Virus record (IMG/VR): IMGVR_UViG_3300025084_000201
Location: 1-25,208 of that record
DNA length: 25,208 nt
Direction: 5' to 3' (one strand)
Origin: a virus
Lineage: Duplodnaviria; Caudoviricetes
This document shows, one piece after another, positions 8,032-15,177 of this stretch. Made by a program: the position numbers and the translations under genes. Positions within the stretch are counted from its first letter, which is position 1. Each line of letters starts with the position of its first letter. The notes below the pieces were generated by a model. That model was not told the DNA's origin. It was given only the letters and a program-made list of their open reading frames with translations, and ran no database searches.

Positions 8032-11000
8032 ATGACACTACTTTCTACCAAGGGAAATAAAAAATCTCGTTTAGGTCGTAATTATACATTAGATGATTTA
8101 GAAAAAAACGAAGACTTTCAAGAAATATCAGAAAGGTTTTTAAGTTCTGTAGGAGAACAGTCTGATGATATATTTGAGTATTTAAGAGACTCTGATTTTA
8201 ACTTATTTAATGGTATGCAACGTGCCATAAATAGTGAAAAATTCACTCAACAGCAAAAAGACGACTATAAATATCTACGTTCTCGTTTTGACAGAGCAGA
8301 CATGGGCAGCTTGAAACAATATATTGAGCTTGTTAAAGATGCTGCTGTTGATATTTCGACAGACCCAACTGCTATTGCTGCTGCTTTATTAACTCCTGTT
8401 ACTGGAGGAACTTCTTTTGGTGCGAGACAGGCGGTAGCAACTGGTGTAAATCAAGGTTTAAAAAATATAGCAAAAAGTAAAATTACTCCTGCTCAAACAG
8501 TTGGAATTGCTGCAGCAGAAGTTGGTGCATGGACAGGTCTAGATAATCATTTTAGACAAAACACCGAAATAAATACCAATATGAGAAAGCTTTATTCTAA
8601 GCCTGAATTAGTAGGCAGTACAGCTATTGGAGCTTTGACAGGTGGTATTTTTGGAGGACTTGCAAGAAAAAACGAGTTCTTCCAAGACAGACTAGAAAAA
8701 CTTTATACTGATGATGGCTATAGAAAAGAAGCCGGTAGTGATTTATTATATAATTTAAGAAAAGCAAAAGATACTTTACTAGCTAAAACACTTGCAAGTC
8801 CTGCTTGGATTTTAAAAACTGATGCAGAGTTTTCACCCACTGCAAGATTACTGGGTCAAAAATTTACTTCAGAGTTTGATAAAAGTTTAGTAGCTAAAAC
8901 TAAACGTAGAGTAGGTTATTCATATGCTGAAGATATTAACTTTAGAAGAGGTAATTATAAACTAGGATTTGATGAAGCTGTTGCTCCAATTAGACAGGTT
9001 GGAGAAGTTTTACCAGAAGATGAACAAGCTGTTATAACTTTAATGCGAGGCGGTGAAGTTGCTGGAGCAAGTCAGGCTGTAAGACAAACTGCAGAAAATT
9101 TAAGATTATTTTTTGATCAAATTAAAAAAGATGCAGAAGAAGTTGGTCTGGACCCTAAGTATATAGAAAATTATTTTCCTCGTTCTTGGAACAGAGACGC
9201 CATTAAAAGTAATCCTGAAGTATTTAAACAAAAATTAATTGATAATAATATTGTCGAAGCTGATAAAGCTGATAGTGTTGTTGAGGGAATGTTAAATAAA
9301 CAAAACGAACTTTATAGTTCTCATTCAAATCTTTTAACTCAAGCCCGTAAGTTTGAAAATTTAGATGATAATGAATTTGCAGAATTTCTTACAAATGATT
9401 TAGTTCCTGTTACTACAAATTATTTTATGAATGCTGCTAAGACTATTGAGCATAAAAAACATTTTTTAAATGCTGGTCGAGACGTTAGAGTAATAGGAAA
9501 AACTGAAGACGAAAACCTTATATTATTTAAACAAGATAATCAATCTCAGTTTGTTGAAAGATTTATTAATCCTATTGATGCTGAATTAAGGGCAGCAAGA
9601 AAAGGTAAAGGATTATCAGCTAAAGAAAAACAAAGAATTATTGATGTGTATAAATCTGTTACTGGTCAGGTTGATTACTTTGACAGTGGCTTAATCCAAG
9701 GTATCTATGATGGTACTAAACTTGCTAATGCTATGGCTTATCTGCCACTAGCTACTGTATCTTCATTGTCAGAAGCATTCATTACACTTGGTAAAGCTCC
9801 AACAAGTTCTGCTATCAAAGGAGCACAAGATGGTATTACACGAGGTCATAAATTATTTACCTCTGAAATATCTCAACTATTAAAAGAAAAACATAACTTG
9901 ACAGATGATGAAGTATTAAAAGAAATGAATAGTGTATTTCTTGCCGTAGATGAAGCAATGTCTGATGTAACAAATCGTTTATCTGGAGAAGGATTACAAA
10001 ATGAGTTTTTACAAAAACAAGCTAGACGTTTTTATAGATTTAATTTACTTATACCTTGGACAAAAACAGTTCAACTTGCTTCGTTTTCAACAGGTAAAGA
10101 TTTAATTCAAACAAACTTAAAACAATTAGCAGACCCTAAAGGACTTAGTAAATCTAAAATAGAAAGATTAACAGGTGAATTAAATGATCTAGGTATAGAT
10201 ATTGATAAGGGTCTGACGTGGACTAAAAAGTATGGGGATGAAGTAACAGACCAAGCGAAGTCTGATGAGTTTTACCGTAATGATATTATTAGAGGTGCTG
10301 GAAGATTTACAAATGGAGTTATCTTACAGACATCTAGAGAATATGCAACTGTTCCTACTTTTATGACAAATCCAAAAGTAGATATATTTACACAGTTTTT
10401 AAGATATCCCACAGTTTTTGGTAATACTGTATTACGAAACTTTGCTAGAGATACAATAACTGATACTACAGTTAACGCACCTAAACTTGCAGCCTTTGTT
10501 TTAATGTCTACAAACGTTGCTAAGGCTACTAATTACTGGAGAAGTTCTCCTGAAGAAAGAGAAAGAATAAAAGACGATGGTACTGATTGGAGAGATACTT
10601 TAAAAGCCTATCAACGTGTTGGACTTCTTGGTCCATTGGAATATCCGGTTAGAATTACTGAAGGTATTTCATATGGTCAGAATCCACTAGTGGCTACAAC
10701 TGGTGTTGGTGGTCCAGTCATTAATGATATCATTGGGTTAACTTTATATAACCGAGGATTTTTAGAAACAGCAGCTAGAAAAATTCCTTTAACAGGAACT
10801 AAAAATATTTTTGACAGAGCTGTCGGAGATATTATGGAAGAGTATACAGGATTTAGAGACCCTTATACTCCTTTACAAAAAGCTGCAAAAGAAATAGATA
10901 AAAAGATTCTGAAAGGATTTAGAGAAGGAGCTGATGTCGTAACAGCCAGAGAAACAGAAGAGGCTAGTTTACTTACAAGAAACAGATTATTAAAGTTTCA

Positions 11001-12708
11001 AGGTGGTCCTGTATCTCAAATAGACCCATATACTATGCAAGAAATAGATTATAGAGATCAGTTTTCCGTAGGTGGTGTAGTAGGCGAAGAAGTAATAGAA
11101 GGTCCGGAAGTTCCTTTTACAAAAGATAACGCTGCTGAAAGAGTTAATCCTTTTACTGGAGAACCTTATCAAGAACAAATGGATAGACTAGGTTTTAGTA
11201 AAGGTCAAATAGTCATGGTTCCTCCTGAAAAGAAAGAAATAGATAGTCTTAAAAAAACTATTGATTCTATGATTGGTTCATACGAAAATAAAAATGAATA
11301 TGTTTCTAAATTAAATAACGTATTAAGTCCTTATCATAAAATAAGTTTTCCAAATTCATTTAATTTATTAAAAAGAGAACTTGTAAATTATGTTTATAAA
11401 GACGAGCCTAAACTATCATTTCAATCAGATGTTGAAAAAAGAATTGCAGAGCAGGGTAAAAATAAATTATTAAAAGTTATTAATTTTAAATTACAAAATG
11501 AATTAAATTTAAAAAAAGAGGGATGGAATCCTAGTAAAACTGCTGCAGTTTTAAAATCACCTTTTGAAAAAGTGATAGAAGTTAGTAGAGTAAAGAAAAA
11601 TATTGGAGGTAAAATTGCTTCTAAATTTATTTCAAAAGCTTATGATAAATCATTGGCTCAGAAAACTCAAATAGCTACAACAGGTGGTACATATTCAAAA
11701 GCTGCAAAAATTATGGAAGACTATCAGAAATTTAACTCACTAGATTATGGTTCCGGAATGCAAGTGAATCAAGCTAAACAAGCTTTAAATGCAGACACTT
11801 TTGAACCGTTCCCTCAACTAGATAAAGCAGAAAAATATGGGATGCCTGATTTTGTAAGAGCAGAAGATATAAATAAAAAATATGATTTTATTACAAACTT
11901 TTCAGTTCTAAATGTTTTACAAAAAGCAGATCGAGATAAAGCTGTAAAAAATATTGGAAGGTTATTAGATGATAACGGTATGGCTATTATTACAGTTAGA
12001 TCAAAAGATGATGTTTTAAAAGCATCACCAAAAGCAAAAAGCAAACTTTCTGATTCAGAGCTTATCACAGCAAAAGGAACTTATCAAAAAGGTTTTACCC
12101 GTAAAGAATTAAAAGAATATTTAAATAAAACTTTAGGTGAAGACTATGATGTAATGGACTTACCTAACAAATATAAAATGTCTGGTGTCGGTGTTATTAT
12201 TAGAAAAGTAAGGAAGCCTTATAATGAAGGTGGTCCAGTTAGACCTGAGTACATTGGTAAAGATGCATATGAATCAGCTATTTTAAAGTTTGCTGAATCA
12301 GATTTAGATGCTCAATTACTCCGTGAGTTTGCGTGGGTTGAGTCAAAGTTTGCAACTGATAAAGAAACTTTTAGAAAAGATAACAGAAGTGCCTATCAAA
12401 TAACACCTATTAGATTTCAAGACTATACAGATTCTTTAAAAGAAGATTCTGAAGTAGGTGCTGGATTAAGAAGATATGTTTCAAAGATGGAAAAAAAATA
12501 TGGAGCAAATTATCAAGACATCGCATATGATGACCTCAATAATCCTGAAATAGCTACCCTAGTCACAAGGGCTTTATTAAAAAGAGTACCGGAACCAATC
12601 GGAGAAACAAAAGAAATAAGAGCAAAGCAGTGGAAAAAAGACTGGAACACGGAAGAAGGGGCAGGTACTGTAGAGAAATATTTAACAGATTTAAAATATT
12701 TAAAATAA
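8032..12708 (+). CDS. Giant internal virion (ejection) protein, 1558 aa, with a C-terminal class I SAM methyltransferase (aa ~1196-1393) and a lysozyme/transglycosylase-like domain (aa ~1404-1558)
   Basis: The N-terminal ~980 aa are helical with Gly/Ala-rich hydrophobic stretches and a YFPRSW motif. MTase motifs: LDYGSG, YDFITNFSVLNVL, LLDDNGMAIITVR, GTYQKGF. Lysozyme-like motifs: AWVES, AYQI, WNTEEGAG. Confidence 0.75.
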   Translation: MTLLSTKGNKKSRLGRNYTLDDLEKNEDFQEISERFLSSVGEQSDDIFEYLRDSDFNLFNGMQRAINSEKFTQQQKDDYKYLRSRFDRADMGSLKQYIELVKDAAVDISTDPTAIAAALLTPVTGGTSFGARQAVATGVNQGLKNIAKSKITPAQTVGIAAAEVGAWTGLDNHFRQNTEINTNMRKLYSKPELVGSTAIGALTGGIFGGLARKNEFFQDRLEKLYTDDGYRKEAGSDLLYNLRKAKDTLLAKTLASPAWILKTDAEFSPTARLLGQKFTSEFDKSLVAKTKRRVGYSYAEDINFRRGNYKLGFDEAVAPIRQVGEVLPEDEQAVITLMRGGEVAGASQAVRQTAENLRLFFDQIKKDAEEVGLDPKYIENYFPRSWNRDAIKSNPEVFKQKLIDNNIVEADKADSVVEGMLNKQNELYSSHSNLLTQARKFENLDDNEFAEFLTNDLVPVTTNYFMNAAKTIEHKKHFLNAGRDVRVIGKTEDENLILFKQDNQSQFVERFINPIDAELRAARKGKGLSAKEKQRIIDVYKSVTGQVDYFDSGLIQGIYDGTKLANAMAYLPLATVSSLSEAFITLGKAPTSSAIKGAQDGITRGHKLFTSEISQLLKEKHNLTDDEVLKEMNSVFLAVDEAMSDVTNRLSGEGLQNEFLQKQARRFYRFNLLIPWTKTVQLASFSTGKDLIQTNLKQLADPKGLSKSKIERLTGELNDLGIDIDKGLTWTKKYGDEVTDQAKSDEFYRNDIIRGAGRFTNGVILQTSREYATVPTFMTNPKVDIFTQFLRYPTVFGNTVLRNFARDTITDTTVNAPKLAAFVLMSTNVAKATNYWRSSPEERERIKDDGTDWRDTLKAYQRVGLLGPLEYPVRITEGISYGQNPLVATTGVGGPVINDIIGLTLYNRGFLETAARKIPLTGTKNIFDRAVGDIMEEYTGFRDPYTPLQKAAKEIDKKILKGFREGADVVTARETEEASLLTRNRLLKFQGGPVSQIDPYTMQEIDYRDQFSVGGVVGEEVIEGPEVPFTKDNAAERVNPFTGEPYQEQMDRLGFSKGQIVMVPPEKKEIDSLKKTIDSMIGSYENKNEYVSKLNNVLSPYHKISFPNSFNLLKRELVNYVYKDEPKLSFQSDVEKRIAEQGKNKLLKVINFKLQNELNLKKEGWNPSKTAAVLKSPFEKVIEVSRVKKNIGGKIASKFISKAYDKSLAQKTQIATTGGTYSKAAKIMEDYQKFNSLDYGSGMQVNQAKQALNADTFEPFPQLDKAEKYGMPDFVRAEDINKKYDFITNFSVLNVLQKADRDKAVKNIGRLLDDNGMAIITVRSKDDVLKASPKAKSKLSDSELITAKGTYQKGFTRKELKEYLNKTLGEDYDVMDLPNKYKMSGVGVIIRKVRKPYNEGGPVRPEYIGKDAYESAILKFAESDLDAQLLREFAWVESKFATDKETFRKDNRSAYQITPIRFQDYTDSLKEDSEVGAGLRRYVSKMEKKYGANYQDIAYDDLNNPEIATLVTRALLKRVPEPIGETKEIRAKQWKKDWNTEEGAGTVEKYLTDLKYLK

Positions 12709-12944
12709 TGTTATTATATACAGAAAAGCAATTAGACGTGGCATACAGAATAGACTGTAAAGCTCGTAGTCAATCAGATGAGCCTTGGATAACTCGTGAA
12801 GACTTTAGACCTTTGTATGAAGATTTGATAGAATCTTACATGATTGCATACAAAGAAGATGATATTTTTTCTACAACTATACCGGAGTATTTAGTAGATT
12901 CAGTAAATGATTTACTTTCTTTAACTTTAACTACAGAAAATTAG
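12708..12944 (+). CDS. Hypothetical protein, 78 aa (MLLYTEKQLD...)
   Basis: Start moved to the ATG at 12708 (TAATG coupling with the giant gene). The track's upstream extension overlaps the previous gene. Confidence 0.6.
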   Translation: MLLYTEKQLDVAYRIDCKARSQSDEPWITREDFRPLYEDLIESYMIAYKEDDIFSTTIPEYLVDSVNDLLSLTLTTEN

Positions 12945-12945
12945 T

Positions 12946-13380
12946 ATGGGTTTTCCTTTTGAAATAATTACAATGCTTGGTTCAACGTTATTAAGTGGAT
13001 TACTTAGTCTATGGTCTCAACGTATGAAGGCTAAACAAGAAGAACAGAAGATGTTAATTGCTAGAACTGAAGTTCAAAATGCTGCTATCTCAGATGCTAG
13101 AACTTATGAGAACAAAGGATTTCAATGGACAAGAAGAATTATAGCATTGACAGCAATTTTTTCTATTGTATTACTTCCAAAGCTTGTACCGTTATTCTAT
13201 CCTGAAGTTTTAGTTACAGTTGGCTATACCAATTGGAAGCCCGGATTTTTATTTTTTACAGATGGAAAAGAAATATTTGAATGGATTTCATTTAATGGAT
13301 TAGTTATCACTCAACTAGATACTAATTTAGTATCAGCTATTATTGGTATGTATTTTGGTGGCAGTCTTGTCAAGAAATGA
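12946..13380 (+). CDS. Holin-like membrane protein with about 3 hydrophobic segments, 144 aa
   Basis: Hydrophobic N-terminus, charged coil, WTRRIIALTAIFSIVLLP TM segment, and a C-terminal IIGMYFGGS resembling the 3TM (GTA-type) holin pattern. Confidence 0.55.
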   Translation: MGFPFEIITMLGSTLLSGLLSLWSQRMKAKQEEQKMLIARTEVQNAAISDARTYENKGFQWTRRIIALTAIFSIVLLPKLVPLFYPEVLVTVGYTNWKPGFLFFTDGKEIFEWISFNGLVITQLDTNLVSAIIGMYFGGSLVKK

Positions 13381-13658
13381 AAGAGTTTATAAGTGCCATA
13401 GAGACTATAGGGATTCCGGCTGCTGCTGCAATAGGCTTGGGTTACTTAGTATGGACACTATTTAAAAGTTTAATTTCAGACATCCACAAAAAACTAGATA
13501 CGCAACACACGATGATTGTTTCCTTGATTGATAGGATAAGGCAAATGGATAATGATATGATACGTATCGACACATTGGTTCGTACTGCATTAAAGTTACC
13601 ACCAGACGTTGCTAGAATAGCTCGGGCTGATGGTAAGAAAGACGTAAGAAAAGATTAG
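13377..13658 (+). CDS. Small membrane protein (one TM plus coiled coil), 93 aa; possible lysis accessory
   Basis: ATGA overlap with the upstream gene. TM segment IGIPAAAAIGLGYLVWTLF and a charged C-terminus. Last gene of the + arm. Confidence 0.55.
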   Translation: MKEFISAIETIGIPAAAAIGLGYLVWTLFKSLISDIHKKLDTQHTMIVSLIDRIRQMDNDMIRIDTLVRTALKLPPDVARIARADGKKDVRKD

Positions 13659-13660
13659 AG

Positions 13661-13879
13661 TTACTTTAAAACGTTTAACTCTCTTTGTAAATAGTTATGT
13701 AAATCCCCCATTTTATTTTTTCCTTTCTTTAAAATAGCTTTTATTATATCTCGTTCATCTACAGGAAATATTTCGTCTACTTTGTTTTCAGGAAGCATAC
13801 TAAACTCTGTAACAATTTTATTATCTCTTGTAAGAAGCACTTTAAAACTTACTAAGTTAGCTTCACTTTTATTAACCAT
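13661..13879 (-). CDS. Hypothetical protein, 72 aa (MVNKSEANLVSFKV...)
   Basis: Start moved to the ATG at 13879, which has a GGAGAG SD and overlaps the nrdB stop. Last gene of the - arm. Confidence 0.6.
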   Translation of the reverse strand: MVNKSEANLVSFKVLLTRDNKIVTEFSMLPENKVDEIFPVDERDIIKAILKKGKNKMGDLHNYLQRELNVLK

Positions 13880-14855
13880 TATCACTCTCCAAATTTGCAA
13901 AGGTTATCTTATCCTGTCTACCACGTAGTCCTGCTTTCATGTAAGAAGTAGCACGACCTTCAAAGAAGTTCTGATGTTCAACACCCATCACTTCATCCAA
14001 CCAACCTAGAGGATTCTCACGTTGGTCATAGTTGGTTTTAAGACCAAGCTGTAACAATCTTCTATCGGCTATGTATCTATTGTAAGCATACATATCTTTC
14101 TTGGTAAGACCCTGTAAGTCTCCCATATCAAACACTAGGTCTAAGAATTTATCTTCTAGTGTTACCATCTGTCTACAAATCTCGTAGAGTTCTGCTTTAA
14201 AATCATCTGTCCATATCTCTATGTTCTCTTGAATAAACTCTCTAAACAATTTAGTCATAGCTTCAACATGCATAGACTCATCACGGATAGAGTAAGTAAC
14301 TATCTGTCCCATACCTTTCATCTTGCCGAACCTTGGAAAGTTTAACAAGATTGCAAAGCTACTAAACAACTGTAGTCCTTCTGTAAAAGCTGAATAGACT
14401 GCTAAAGTTTTTGCAATACTTTTCTTATCTTTCTTGATGGTCTTGATGTTATGAACATACTCGTGTTTATCAGCCATTTCTTCGTACTCTGCAAAAGCTT
14501 TGTACTCTATCTCAGGCATACCCACTGTATCAAGGAGTAAGCTGTAAGCATGTTGATGGATAGACTCCATGTTTGCAAACGAACCCATCATCATACGTGC
14601 TTCAGGCTTTCTAAATATACGCATGTATCTATCGACATAACCTGCACCAACGTCTACATCGGATTGAGTAAACAACCTAAAGATTTGGGTAAGTAAATTC
14701 TTTTCTTTTGAATCTAACTCCTGCCAATCTTTTACATCAGTGTGTAGTGGTACTGACTCCGGCATCCAATGCATTTGGTTTTGTAAGACATAGTAGTCAA
14801 ACATCCACGGGTTATCGAATGGTTTGTAGTAATCTCTCGTGTCTAATAAGCTCAT
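13872..14855 (-). CDS. nrdB: Ribonucleotide reductase class Ia beta subunit, 327 aa
   Basis: HWMPESV; metal ligands in FTQSD, ESIH, TEG and RDESMH; radical Tyr in ESIHQHAY; C-terminal NFFEGRATSY. Confidence 0.95.
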   Translation of the reverse strand: MSLLDTRDYYKPFDNPWMFDYYVLQNQMHWMPESVPLHTDVKDWQELDSKEKNLLTQIFRLFTQSDVDVGAGYVDRYMRIFRKPEARMMMGSFANMESIHQHAYSLLLDTVGMPEIEYKAFAEYEEMADKHEYVHNIKTIKKDKKSIAKTLAVYSAFTEGLQLFSSFAILLNFPRFGKMKGMGQIVTYSIRDESMHVEAMTKLFREFIQENIEIWTDDFKAELYEICRQMVTLEDKFLDLVFDMGDLQGLTKKDMYAYNRYIADRRLLQLGLKTNYDQRENPLGWLDEVMGVEHQNFFEGRATSYMKAGLRGRQDKITFANLESDNG

Positions 14856-15031
14856 CTGTTCTCCTTGTTAAATTTCTTAACTAAATATTTTAAATTTTCA
14901 ATTACGTATCCTGCGTAATCTTTTGTTTTTGAGAATGGGTCTTTATGTTCATCACAATAATCTAACCACATCCTACTTGTAAAGCCAGAAAACTTCTGAC
15001 TAAACACCTTGTCAAAGTCTGATTGTTTCAT
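14852..15031 (-). CDS. Hypothetical protein, 59 aa (not in the ORF track)
   Basis: MKQSDFDKVFSQKFSGFTSRMWLDYCDEHKDPFSKTKDYAGYVIENLKYLVKKFNKENR*. AAGGA SD; its TGA overlaps the nrdB ATG (ATGA). Confidence 0.75.
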   Translation of the reverse strand: MKQSDFDKVFSQKFSGFTSRMWLDYCDEHKDPFSKTKDYAGYVIENLKYLVKKFNKENR

Positions 15032-15032
15032 A

Positions 15033-15176
15033 TTAATCCTTTGGTAAATAAACTATAACAGCAGAGTTACATTTAGGACAAGTTAAATTAGTTTCCATAA
15101 TATACTCATCGTTCTCATCTTCTATGTCGTGATCTCCACCCCATATTAGTTCTGTTCCACAATGCCAACAACCCAT
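15033..15176 (-). CDS. Small CxxC...CxxC metal-binding (zinc ribbon-like) protein, 47 aa (not in the ORF track)
   Basis: MGCWHCGTELIWGGDHDIEDENDEYIMETNLTCPKCNSAVIVYLPKD*. The ATG is 1 nt after the nrdA stop, with a GAGG SD. Confidence 0.8.
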   Translation of the reverse strand: MGCWHCGTELIWGGDHDIEDENDEYIMETNLTCPKCNSAVIVYLPKD

Positions 15177-15177
15177 A

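Noticed and set aside
10990-12068. Minus-strand ORFs at 10990-11178 and 11814-12068
   Set aside because: Antisense shadows of the giant gene.
12178-12708. Internal ATG that could yield a stand-alone lysin
   Set aside because: No Shine-Dalgarno at a suitable spacing, and it lies before the last predicted MTase strand.
14901-14930. Plus-strand hairpin ATTACGTA-TCC-TGCGTAAT followed by CTTTTGTTTTT
   Set aside because: It could stop late read-through, but the stem is weak (two G:C pairs), it lies inside a coding region, and the T-run is explained by Lys/Thr codons on the other strand.
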